From an uncultured Gammaproteobacteria bacterium (lineage in GTDB: Bacteria; Pseudomonadota; Gammaproteobacteria; CAYNNN01), in assembly GCA_964398665.1 (NCBI GenBank), contig CAYNNN010000014.1, positions 1 to 43,874 of the forward strand: 43,874 nucleotides of DNA. The letters run 5' to 3'. Positions 29,373 through 38,415 of the stretch are shown in pieces; the stretch's first letter is position 1, and every line of letters starts with the position of its first letter. Position numbers and translations under genes: made by a program. A model generated the notes under the pieces. The model saw only the letters and a list, made by a program, of their open reading frames with translations, was not told the origin of the DNA and searched no databases.

Positions 29373-30217
29373 ACCTCTGGACGCAATGGCAGCAGCAGCG
29401 CCGTCAGGATCAGGCCGTGCGCCAGCGTGGCGGGCAGCAGTGGGTCGCACGCGGTTTCAGCTATGACGACATCAGCCCGGACCTGCCCGCTACACATGTG
29501 CAGCTGGCCACGCATACGGTGGATATTACGGCCTTCTGGCGCTATGTCGAGCTTGCGGGTTATCGGCAACTGGGCTATTACCACGGTGGAGCCATGCCCT
29601 GTGCGACAGAAAAATGGCTGGAACATTATGTTTCATTGGAATTACTGGCCCCACAGCCCGGTGAGGTGCTGATTGATGTGGCCAGTTGCCATTCGCCCTT
29701 TGCGGATTTAGCCCAACGTCTGTACGGGGTGAACAGTTACCAGCAGGATTTATTGTTTGCGCCCGGCCTGCACGGGCGCCGGATCGGCGGCGATGCGGCG
29801 GCCTTGCCGGTGCCCGATGGTTTTGCCGACTTGGTGACGCTGCACTGCGCCTTTGAGCACTTTGAGGGGGACAGTGACAGTGGCCTGATTCGGGAATTGG
29901 GACGTATCCTCAAGCCGGGTGGGCGGGCTTGTATCCTGCCCCTGTACACCAGTCAGCGTTACAGCATTCAATCTGATCCGCAGACCTGGGGGCAGCGCTC
30001 GGTGCGCTTTGAACCGGACGCGCTGGTCTGTCTGGCGCCAGGCTGGGGCGAGACCCACGGGCGTTGTTACGACGCTCCGCACTTGGTACGGCGGGTGCTG
30101 GCACAGCGGGGGGAACTGGCGGTAACCCTGTATCGGGTGCTGAATCATCAGGCGGTGGCCTCTGATTGTTATCTACGCTTTGCCCTCGTGCTGTGTCGTG
30201 TTGAATCACTGCGTTGA
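29369..30217 (+). CDS. Class I SAM-dependent methyltransferase (Methyltransf_11-like)
   Basis: Motif I-like GEVLIDVASCHSPF. Motif II LPVPDGFADLVTLHCAFEHF. Post-II LIRELGRILKPGGRACI. ATGA overlap with the SPFH gene. Confidence 0.65.
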   Translation: MNLWTQWQQQRRQDQAVRQRGGQQWVARGFSYDDISPDLPATHVQLATHTVDITAFWRYVELAGYRQLGYYHGGAMPCATEKWLEHYVSLELLAPQPGEVLIDVASCHSPFADLAQRLYGVNSYQQDLLFAPGLHGRRIGGDAAALPVPDGFADLVTLHCAFEHFEGDSDSGLIRELGRILKPGGRACILPLYTSQRYSIQSDPQTWGQRSVRFEPDALVCLAPGWGETHGRCYDAPHLVRRVLAQRGELAVTLYRVLNHQAVASDCYLRFALVLCRVESLR

Positions 30218-30292
30218 GCAGCAGATCTGCGCACTTGCCTTTTGCCTAAATCCCGCTACCCTGAACGCAGGATTCACTCGGGGTATGCGGTT

Positions 30293-31642
30293 ATGACACA
30301 CGGTTTGGGTGGCTGCTGGGGTGCCTGCTCCTCATCGCCAGCCTGATCCAGGGTACAGGGGCCGAAGCGCGCCGTTACGCCCTGAGTTACAACGCCCAGG
30401 GCTATCTGAACACCCTGACCGACCCCCTGAATCGGAACTACCGCTTCGATTACGACGCCGCCGGGCGGGTGACCCGTAACACACTGCCCGATGGCCGCAG
30501 CATCGGCTATGTCTATGACCCCAGTGGCAATCTCACCGCGCTGACTCCACCCGGTAGACCCGCGCATCAGTTCGACTATACTGCGATCGATCTGCCAGAA
30601 AATTATGCCCCACCGATACTGAGCGGCGACCCACGCACGCTGTATCGCTTGATGTGCTGGGGAACCTGCGCCAGGTCACCTTGCCCGATGGCCGGGTGCT
30701 GGATTATGGGATTGACGCCAGCAACCGGCCATCGGTAAGCGGGTCAATGGGGTGCTGGTGCAGAGCTTTCTGTATCAGGGCCAACTGCGCCCCATCGCGG
30801 AACTCGATGCAGCAGGCAACATCGTCAGCCGTTTCATCTACGCCACCCGCGCCAATGTCCCGGATTATCTGGTGAAAGGTGGGACAACCTACCGCCTCAT
30901 TACCGACTATCTGGGCAGTGTGCGCTTGGTGGTGGATACTACGACCGGCACCATTGTGCAGCAACTGGCGTATGATGTCTTTGGTGCAGTGACCCTGGAC
31001 ACGAACCCCGGCTTCCAACCGTTTGGCTTTGCGGGCGGGTTGTACGACCGTGACACCGGCCTGGTGCGCTTCGGGGCACGGGATTATGACCCTGACACCG
31101 GACGTTGGACGGCTAAAGACCCGATCCTGTTTGCGGGGGGCGATACCAATCTGTATGGCTACGTGCTCGGCGATCCCGTTAATGGCTGGGATCCGTGGGG
31201 CCTGGCGTGTGGCGGTGGGGACTCGGGGCCTGAGGATGTCGAGCCTATCTATCCCGTCGATATACTCGGCGATGTCCTGGATTTTGTGCCTCGGCTTGAT
31301 GATGTTCAGCGGATTGTGGTCGCTGCGGGTAGGCTCGGAGCATTTCGTGATGCTGCTAAACTGTTACGGGGGTTTTTTACAAAATCACGACCTATAACAC
31401 GGGAGAGTTTAGATGCCGATCTCAGAAGCAAGGGATTTATCCTCAAAAAAGAGGGCGGATATACCACTTACAAGCATCCAGACGGTAGAATTGTGACGAT
31501 TAAGCCTACTGGAGAAGTTATTCCAACAAGTCCGAGAATATCGCAAGAAGGTAAGCGGTATAACGAAAGGACGGACTATGACTTTAATAGACTGCCAGAT
31601 CAAAGTCACTCTACCGGCCATTTTGTGGAGCCTTTCGAATGA
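30293..31642 (+). pseudogene. Rhs/YD-repeat protein C-terminal cassette A: signal-peptide-like start fused to terminal YD repeats, core end ...[12 protein letters not shown], then a ~145-aa toxin tip with HicA/YcfA-like fold; disrupted by frameshifts
   Basis: YD-repeat sequence (RYALSYNAQGYLNTLTDPLNRNYRFDYDAAGRVTRNTLPDGRSIGYVYDPSGNLTAL) is spread over three reading frames (track ORFs 30469-30738, 30654-30875, 30752-31642). Two 1-nt deletions relative to cassette D lie near 30650 and 30735. The tip contains [36 protein letters not shown], resembling the HicA RNase consensus. Confidence 0.7.
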
Positions 31643-32046
31643 ACTTACACAGTTGGGAAGACGTTGGATTACGTTCACTGACGCTTGATTTTGGCTCTGA
31701 CAGTTCGTTGATACTGTATGAGATGTATAGAGGTTTGGAAGTCGCAGTCATAAGATTCTATAACGTAATCTATTTTAATCTTTCAACAACATCATTTCTT
31801 GATGGTGACGATTTCTCCACCGGGTTGTATCTGGGTATTGTGACTGTTGAGGAAGTAGAAAGCTTCGAGTATGACGCACTATTTGGTAAAGACTCCTGCG
31901 TTACATCGGAGCGTGGAAAATCTTGCAAGTTTCCAATTTTCAAGATTTACCTTGAAGGTGGTGAAATTCTGTGTGAAATTTTCGCAATGAGGTGTGAGGT
32001 TGAGTGTGTTAAGCCCCCTGAGATTATAACCACGTCCAAGGAATAA
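31639..32046 (+). CDS. Putative immunity protein for cassette A toxin (low-GC, no signal peptide)
   Basis: 135-aa ORF overlapping the toxin stop (ATGA). Much lower GC than the surroundings. This position is typical for Rhs immunity genes. Confidence 0.5.
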   Translation: MNLHSWEDVGLRSLTLDFGSDSSLILYEMYRGLEVAVIRFYNVIYFNLSTTSFLDGDDFSTGLYLGIVTVEEVESFEYDALFGKDSCVTSERGKSCKFPIFKIYLEGGEILCEIFAMRCEVECVKPPEIITTSKE

Positions 32047-32144
32047 CGCAGGTTTTATCCCCCTGCGCCCCATTGCGGAGCTAGGTGCCACCGGTGCAGT
32101 GGTGAGCCGCTTCATCTACGCTACCCGCACCAACGTCCCGGATT

Positions 32145-32696
32145 ATGCAGATGGCGTATGATGTCTTTGGTGCGGTAATGCTGGACACCAACCCCGGCTT
32201 CCAACCCTTCGGCTTTGCCGGTGGGCTGTATGACCGGGACACCGGTTTGGTGCGCTTTGGGGCACGGGATTATGACCCCGACACCGGACGTTGGACGGCG
32301 AAGGATCCCATCCTGTTCGCCGGGGGCGATACCAACCTGTATGGCTATGTTGAAAATAATCCACTTAGCTGGATTGATCCACGCGGGCTGTCTAAGTTCG
32401 ACCCGTTCCACGGTCTCCCGAAGAAATTCTGGAATTGGCTGCACGCACAAGAGAGCGGTAAGCTGATTAAGGATTTAAAAGATGGGACAGGCAACGTTCC
32501 TCCAGATGTTGCCAAGGATTACCATAAGGAGTGGGAGAATCTTGGTAAGCCGGAGCCACGCAAAGAAAAGGGCTTTGCCGATCCAGAACTGCTGGAGTGG
32601 CTCATCCCTTGGTGGTTAACGCCGTCTGAACTTGGCGCTGATCCCTGCGAGATGCCTGGTGGACCTGCCTGTGCGCCTCCACCAAGTTGCCCTTAG
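32145..32696 (+). CDS. Rhs C-terminal cassette B: internally deleted core remnant with its own ATG, core end ...[12 protein letters not shown], plus a ~100-aa uncharacterised toxin tip
   Basis: Sequence 32080-32144 encodes ...[16 protein letters not shown] and then jumps (by deletion relative to cassettes A/C/D) to [82 protein letters not shown]. The tip ends ...[36 protein letters not shown]. Confidence 0.65.
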   Translation: MQMAYDVFGAVMLDTNPGFQPFGFAGGLYDRDTGLVRFGARDYDPDTGRWTAKDPILFAGGDTNLYGYVENNPLSWIDPRGLSKFDPFHGLPKKFWNWLHAQESGKLIKDLKDGTGNVPPDVAKDYHKEWENLGKPEPRKEKGFADPELLEWLIPWWLTPSELGADPCEMPGGPACAPPPSCP

Positions 32697-32715
32697 TCAA
32701 GAAGCGTGGACAACG

Positions 32716-33114
32716 ATGGTCTTTACCTCATTTCGTGCGTTTGGCCCTGATTTTTCGGCGAGTGACTTTGTTTCGACCCATGGACCCACGACTGGCTCAA
32801 TCTGGTCGAAAGGCCAGCCTCGTCGTTCAGGAAATCTCCACGAAGATGCTGGTTTCGGTCTGAACCTTGATGAGGTGCAAACAACCAACGAAGTTGTTCC
32901 GTTGGTTGAAACCTTCCTTAAGGAAAACCAAGCTTGGCTTGCTGATTTGCGTGAGCAACCAGTGGTGCGTGTTCTCCATCTTGGTGTGACAGTCGGTGAA
33001 GTGAGTTCGTATGCGCCTTACCTTGAATTTGGCGTCTCTTTCCTAAAACTGCTTGTTGATGAGCAAATTGAACTACACATTTCGGCGTATCCAACGAGCG
33101 ATACAGATGAATAG
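32716..33114 (+). CDS. Putative immunity protein for cassette B
   Basis: ATG at 32716 (MVFTSFRAFGPDF...) directly after the toxin tip, giving 132 aa. The track ORF 32632-33114 overlaps the toxin gene, so the later ATG was preferred. Confidence 0.45.
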   Translation: MVFTSFRAFGPDFSASDFVSTHGPTTGSIWSKGQPRRSGNLHEDAGFGLNLDEVQTTNEVVPLVETFLKENQAWLADLREQPVVRVLHLGVTVGEVSSYAPYLEFGVSFLKLLVDEQIELHISAYPTSDTDE

Positions 33115-33119
33115 ATAGC

Positions 33120-34206
33120 AAGCCCCGTCGGCTGAGTCGGGATCAGGGTGGCGTCATCACTACCGGTGCTTACGATGCCCAGGATCGGTTGCAAGCGTAT
33201 GGCAGTGCAACCTACAGCTACACCGCCAACGGTGAGCTGGCCAGCAAGACGGTGGGTACCCAGACTACCCGCTATACCTACGATGTGCTGGGTAATCTCC
33301 TCGGGGTGGATTTGCCCGATGGCCGGGTGTTGACCTATGCGCAGGATGCCAGCAATCGCCGTATCGCTAAGCAGATCAACGGAGTGCTCACTCAGGGCTT
33401 GCTGTATCAGGGCCAACTCCGCCCGGTGGCCGAGCTGGATGCAGCAGGCAACACCGTCAGCTGCTTCATCTACGCCACCCGCGCCAATGTCCCGGATTAT
33501 CTGGTGAAAGCGGGCGTGATATCGCCTCGTCACCGACTATCTGGGCAGCGTGCGCGGGGTGGTGGATGCCACGACCGGTGCCATTGTGCAGCAGATGGCG
33601 TATGATGTCTTTGGTGCGGTAACCCTGGACACCAACCCCGGCTTTCAGCCCTTTGGCTTTGCGGGGGGCTTGTATGACCGGGACACCGGCCTGGTGCGCT
33701 TCGGGGCGCGGGATTACGACCCCGAAACGGGACGTTGGACGGCGAAGGATCCGATCCTGTTTGCGGGCGGGGATACCAACCTGTATGGCTATGTGCTCGG
33801 GGATCCGGTTAATGGGGTGGATGTGGCGGGGTTGTCACAGTTTGATCTTGATACTGCGATGCTAACTTTGGAAGTAGCGCACCCAGATATGTTTAATAAA
33901 GACGTACCTGTGAATATGAACAACACTAACCCAGATTCATTGGGGAGTTACAGCCCGTTGACAGGAGATATTAGTCTCAGTAGAGATTTTTCTGGAACTA
34001 TATCTGATTCTAAAAAGCAGTTACTTCTTGAAACCCTTGCACATGAGATGTTGCATTCTAAGCAAGGCGTATTAGAAACGTTTACAATGAATATTCAGGA
34101 TGCTTGGAGTGGTGGTTGGGGTGAGATTCATGAGGAATTGGATAAAAGATCCAGAAGAGAACTAACGACGGAAGATTATGAACGCATGGTAGGCGGATGT
34201 GAGTAG
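33120..34206 (+). pseudogene. Rhs C-terminal cassette C: YD repeats, core end ...[12 protein letters not shown], and an HExxH (zinc-metallopeptidase-like) toxin tip; frameshifted in the core
   Basis: Track ORFs 33189-33605 and 33550-34206 carry the same conserved core as cassettes A/D in two frames. A 2-nt deletion near 33510-33520 (GTGATATCGCCTCGTCACC versus GTGACCTACCGCCTCATCACC in cassette D) is the cause. The tip contains [11 protein letters not shown]. Confidence 0.7.
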
Positions 34207-34612
34207 TTATTCGTATATGAGGGGCTATGTCGTCATATTTTTGTGCTGTGTACATGGGTGTACAGTTACTGGGTATACGAGGCAGATGGCAACTATCTCT
34301 GAAATGAGGGAAGTATGTTACGCACTAAAAAACTTCCACGGTGATACTGGCTTGTTTCCATCCACTACTGAAAGCACTGATGTACTTATTATAAACAAAG
34401 GAATAACGGGATGGCATGGCCCATATCTGAAAAAGAAATACGTTGTAGATGGTTGGGGTGCCAAACTCAACTATTACTACCCACCTGTTTATGGAAGCTA
34501 TGAATACGATTTGTATTCAAATGGGGTAAATAAGGAGAATGATTTTGGTAACGGTGATGATATAGCGAATTGGAAAATCTCCTACAGAGGTAGCTGCGAT
34601 TTTCGACATTGA
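34199..34612 (+). CDS. Putative immunity protein for cassette C (low-GC)
   Basis: 137-aa ORF immediately after the toxin tip, with low GC. Start uncertain (an alternative internal ATG gives [10 protein letters not shown]...). Confidence 0.4.
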   Translation: MSSYSYMRGYVVIFLCCVHGCTVTGYTRQMATISEMREVCYALKNFHGDTGLFPSTTESTDVLIINKGITGWHGPYLKKKYVVDGWGAKLNYYYPPVYGSYEYDLYSNGVNKENDFGNGDDIANWKISYRGSCDFRH

Positions 34613-34627
34613 GCGTGCAATTAAAGG

Positions 34628-36042
34628 GAGTGTCCTGAATTTTGTGTGCAAGGCGGTTTGAAGATTCATTGCGTGCTGTCTGATTTTACGCCAGGCGCTT
34701 CGTAAATCGGTCGCCGAACTGGATGGCGAATTGCACCATGGCCGCTTTCCAATGAAACACCGGCATCGCCCATTCCTGGGTGATATTCCTCAGCGCCAGC
34801 CAGATCAGTTTGGTTGCTGCCTCGTCGTTGGGGAAATGCCCGCGCGTCTTGATGACCTTGCGGATGCGTGCGTTGACCGACTCGATGGCGTTGGTGGTGT
34901 CAATCACCCGCCGGATTTCGGGCGGGAAGGCGAAGAACGGCGTGACATAGTCCCAGGCACGCCGCCACGAAGCCGCTACATGCGGCAGCTTGATGCCCCA
35001 CTCGGAGTGCTCGAACGCTGTCAGTGCGGCTTCCGCCGCTTCCGCGCTGGGCGCGGTGTAGATCGGGCGCAATGCCACCGCTACGGCCTTGCGATCCTTC
35101 CAGCTGGCATAGTTCAGGCTGCTGCGGATGAGATGCACGATGCAGGTTTGCAGGACGGCTTGCGGATAGGCCGCCGCAAGCGATTCAGGAAGGCCCTTCA
35201 GGCCATCGGCGACGGCGATCAGAACGTCCTCCGTGCCGCGCGTCTTCAGGTCGTTGAACACCTTGAGCCAGAATTTGGCGCCTTCGGTGTGTTCGATCCA
35301 GAGGCCCAGGATGTCACGGCTGCCATCGGGCAGAATGCCCAAGGCAAGGTAGATCGCCTTGTTCTTGACCAGCCCGTCGTCGCGGATCTTGACCCGCAGG
35401 GCATCGAAGAAGATGACGGGATACATCGGCTCCAACGGGCGCGTCTGCCAGGCGGAGACTTCGGCCATGACTTCGTCAGTCACGGTGCTAATGAAGTCGG
35501 GCGAGACCTCGACGTGGTACAGCTCGCTCAGGTGCGCACGGATGTCGCGCGTGCTCATGCCGCGCGCATACATCGACAGGATCAGCTCGTCAAAGCCTTC
35601 GTAACGGCGGCCATGCTTGGGCACGATCAGCGGCTCGAAGTGGCCTTGTCGGTCGCGCGGGATGTCGATCCTGAGCGGGCCGGTATCGGTGATGAGCGTC
35701 TTGGCGCTGCTGCCGTTGCGATGGTTGGCGCGGTCGGCAGGCTTGTCCTCGCCCGGCGCGTAGCCCAGATGCAGGCTCATCTCGGCATTCAACGCGCGCT
35801 CGATGATCGCGCGTTTCAGGCGGGCCGTGAGGTCGTTGACCTCGCTACCGGTCATCGGTGCGCTGATCAGCGCGTCAAGCGCGGCCTGCATCTCCGGCGT
35901 CAACGCGGGCGCGTTGCGCGCATCGATGATCGATTGCTCAACCAGGGTCAGTTTCTTGGGCTTGGGCTGTTGCTTTGGCATTTCTCGTTCCTTTCTCGAA
36001 CGGTTGAATATGCCTTACACACAAAAATTCTGACAGGCTCTA
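34628..36042 (-). mobile_element. IS256-family insertion sequence (single mutator-type DDE transposase gene, imperfect ~26-30-bp terminal inverted repeats)
   Basis: Left end GAGTGTCCTGAATTTTGTGTGCAAGG (34628-34653) matches the reverse complement of the right end CCTTACACACAAAAATTCTGACAGGCTC (36013-36040), with a few mismatches and one indel. The transposase ORF fills the element. No clean 8-bp target-site duplication was seen. Confidence 0.75.
34686..35981 (-). CDS. IS256-family (mutator-type) transposase
   Basis: 431 aa. Matches the IS256 transposase architecture (N-terminal HTH region plus a central DDE catalytic region). Confidence 0.8.
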   Translation of the reverse strand: MPKQQPKPKKLTLVEQSIIDARNAPALTPEMQAALDALISAPMTGSEVNDLTARLKRAIIERALNAEMSLHLGYAPGEDKPADRANHRNGSSAKTLITDTGPLRIDIPRDRQGHFEPLIVPKHGRRYEGFDELILSMYARGMSTRDIRAHLSELYHVEVSPDFISTVTDEVMAEVSAWQTRPLEPMYPVIFFDALRVKIRDDGLVKNKAIYLALGILPDGSRDILGLWIEHTEGAKFWLKVFNDLKTRGTEDVLIAVADGLKGLPESLAAAYPQAVLQTCIVHLIRSSLNYASWKDRKAVAVALRPIYTAPSAEAAEAALTAFEHSEWGIKLPHVAASWRRAWDYVTPFFAFPPEIRRVIDTTNAIESVNARIRKVIKTRGHFPNDEAATKLIWLALRNITQEWAMPVFHWKAAMVQFAIQFGDRFTKRLA

Positions 36043-36203
36043 AGGTTATAAAAAGGAATAAATCTATTATTCCCATTGACGGTCTCATAGAGGGTGTGCT
36101 TACGGAATTATGCAATGGAGGAGACGTTGGTTCCTGTCAAACGCTGTGTACGTTCTATCCTGAATCATGCGTTGATAAGTCTTGTATTTAGATTGCTACG
36201 GCT

Positions 36204-36665
36204 ATGCGGACTAAGATAGAAAAGCCTGAATGGGATAAGGTTCATGAGTTAGCATGTATCATAGTGCATAAGTCGTCTTATGGGAGGAGTGCAGATAAAC
36301 CCACGAGGAAGCTCAAAGCCTACATAGGAAAGCTTATTATTAAATATGGGCGCCTTCCTGAGCTGGTTGACACATTAGCCAGCTACACGAGGGATACCAG
36401 GAAGGCGGTCAGCCTTATGAAGGAGGCGTACTGTACAGCATGTGAGCTTGAGGATTCGCTCAATAAGACGATGATTAGTGCGAGTATGCTTGAGGCATAT
36501 CTGGATAATAATTATCCACTTGAGCCATGTAAATTTTGGCTTTCACAATTTGAGAAAAATATAAAATCTTATACAGATGATTATTACGATGAGTTATATT
36601 TAAAATTCTCTGCCAGGGTAAAATGTATTAAACCTCCCGAAAGTATTTCCCCTACCACCCCTTAG
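36204..36665 (+). CDS. Hypothetical low-GC protein (immunity-protein-like orphan), C-terminus ...PPESISPTTP
   Basis: 153-aa ORF in AT-rich DNA right after the IS. Its 3' end and downstream 60 bp are repeated at 38932-38990, after the Sel1 gene. Confidence 0.4.
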   Translation: MRTKIEKPEWDKVHELACIIVHKSSYGRSADKPTRKLKAYIGKLIIKYGRLPELVDTLASYTRDTRKAVSLMKEAYCTACELEDSLNKTMISASMLEAYLDNNYPLEPCKFWLSQFEKNIKSYTDDYYDELYLKFSARVKCIKPPESISPTTP

Positions 36666-37272
36666 GCTGAAAACCCTTGGGGGATTGCAGGGCAAAGACG
36701 TTATCGTGGATGGTGGCGACATGAAAGCCTGCTTTCAGGGCCGCTTCCCGCATCGTCGGCGTCCAATCCACGCCCGCCAAAATGCCAAACAGCGCCTTGT
36801 GGGCATGTTCCGGGAAGAATACCCGGAACTGCGTCAGCGTCGTGGCCAGTTGCTCCAGCGAATCGGTGCGGGGATGGCTTTTGACTTCGACCACATAAGC
36901 CTGGTTGACGGTGCCATTGGCATAGGCCAGAACATCGAGTTCCAGATGCCGCTCACCCTTGCTGACGCGGACACTGGGCATGACGACTTCCATACCGAGT
37001 TTCCGGGTCAGGATACGCTGCATGGAAGGTAGCGCCAGCCCCTCGGTGAAGCTACCGAATTTCTCTCCCAGCCCGCCGATCTGCTTGCCCAGTTCTTTGA
37101 GCTTGCGGTTAAATTCCTTGCTGGATTGTTCAGCCTCCTTGCGAGACAGCTCGCTGGCGGCGGCCATTTCCTGCAACACCTGTTCAGTTTCCTTGAGTGA
37201 TTGATCGGTTTCCTTTTGCGACTTGGCGACTTCGCGCAAGATAGCCCAGATTTCTTCAGCAGCGGTGTTCAT
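36652..37272 (-). CDS. Hypothetical protein with N-terminal coiled coil and C-terminal PD-(D/E)xK-like nuclease motif
   Basis: 206 aa. N-terminal Glu/Lys/Gln-rich heptad-like region. C-terminal ELDVLAYANG...AYVVEVKSH fits a D...E-x-K restriction-endonuclease-fold signature. Family assignment is tentative. Confidence 0.45.
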   Translation of the reverse strand: MNTAAEEIWAILREVAKSQKETDQSLKETEQVLQEMAAASELSRKEAEQSSKEFNRKLKELGKQIGGLGEKFGSFTEGLALPSMQRILTRKLGMEVVMPSVRVSKGERHLELDVLAYANGTVNQAYVVEVKSHPRTDSLEQLATTLTQFRVFFPEHAHKALFGILAGVDWTPTMREAALKAGFHVATIHDNVFALQSPKGFQPKGW

Positions 37273-37349
37273 TGGGATGCCTCAGGGGATGTGGGGGGCT
37301 ATTGTAAGCCAAGTGGGCCAGATGTGGTAGGCATGAGACCCCCAGCCCG

Positions 37350-38402
37350 ATGGTCGCAGCATCGGCTATGCCTATGACCCCAGTGGCAATCGGCAGTTAC
37401 GACGCCCAAGACCGGCTGCAAACCTATGGCGCAGCAAGCTACAGCTACACCGCCAACGGTGAGCTGGCCAGCAAGACGGTTGGTACGCAGATCACCCGCT
37501 ATACCTACGATGTGCTGGGGAACCTCCTCGGTGCAACCCTGCCCGATGGCCGCACCCTGACGTATGGCGTGGATGCCAACAATCGCCGCATCGCCAAGCA
37601 AGTCAACGGCGTGCTGGTGCAGGGCTTCTTGTATCAGGGCCAACTGCGCCCCGTTGCCGAGCTGGATAGCGCAGGCAACATCATCAGCCGCTTCATCTAC
37701 GCTACCCGCACCAATGTCCCGGATTATCTGGTGAAAGCGGGCGTGACCTACCGCCTCATCACCGACTATCTAGGCAGCGTGCGGCTGGTGGTAGACACCA
37801 CGACCGGTGCCATTGTGCAGCAGATGGCGTATGATGTCTTTGGTGCGGTAACCCTAGACACCAACCCCGGCTTCCAGCCCTTCGGCTTTGCCGGTGGGCT
37901 ATATGACCGCGACACCGGCCTGGTGCGCTTTGGGGCACGGGACTACGACCCCGAAACCGGAAGGTGGACTGCGAAGGATCCGATCCTGTTTGCGGGCGGG
38001 GATAGCAATTTGTATGGGTATGTGCTCGGGGATCCGGTTAATGGGATTGATAGCGATGGACTATTTCCCAAGCCTCGGGGAGGAAAAGGTGGAAAGGGTG
38101 AGCGGAATAGGACGGCAAAGCCTACTGGCACCAATAATCCTTACAAGCATTATAAGGAACACCCAACAAATCCCAATTTGATAATAACTAAAGATCAAAA
38201 CGGGAAAGATGTAATAAAGCCGAAACCCGCAGACTGGGATGCCTATAAGAAAAACAAACAAACAAGAAGGTGGATATGTTGACCCTAGTATGCTGTTAGA
38301 TATCCTCATTCCATGGTATCTGATGCCTAGTGAGCCTGGCTGTGCAGAGCTTGATTGCGACGGTAATGGGATACCAGATACCGTAGAAGATCCATGCAGG
38401 TA
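37350..38402 (+). pseudogene. Rhs C-terminal cassette D: YD repeats, core end ...GDPVNGIDSDGL, and a Lys-rich small toxin tip related to cassette B; the tip is interrupted by a +1 frameshift in a (CAAA)n/A-rich tract
   Basis: Track ORF 37350-38282 ends ...KKNKQTRRWIC. The +1 frame continues EGGYVDPSMLLDILIPWYLMPSEPGCAELDCDGNGIPDTVEDPCR to 38402. This aligns with the cassette B tail ([28 protein letters not shown]...). The upstream junction near 37340-37395 shows the cassette is 5'-truncated. Confidence 0.65.
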
Positions 38403-38415
38403 AAGGAGCCATGTT

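Noticed and set aside
28653-29626. Minus-strand ORFs 28653-29450 and 29081-29626 opposite the SPFH and methyltransferase genes
   Set aside because: Antisense to ORFs with recognisable domain motifs.
30274-30567. 97-aa minus-strand ORF over the start of Rhs cassette A
   Set aside because: Antisense to clear YD-repeat coding sequence.
34731-36191. 486-aa plus-strand ORF spanning the IS256 element
   Set aside because: It is the antisense of the transposase gene (high-GC open frame). Only its last ~45 codons lie outside the IS, and these are discussed separately as a headless Cys-rich tail.
36685-37204. Plus-strand ORFs 36685-37032 and 36959-37204
   Set aside because: Antisense to the 206-aa coiled-coil/PD-(D/E)xK-like gene.
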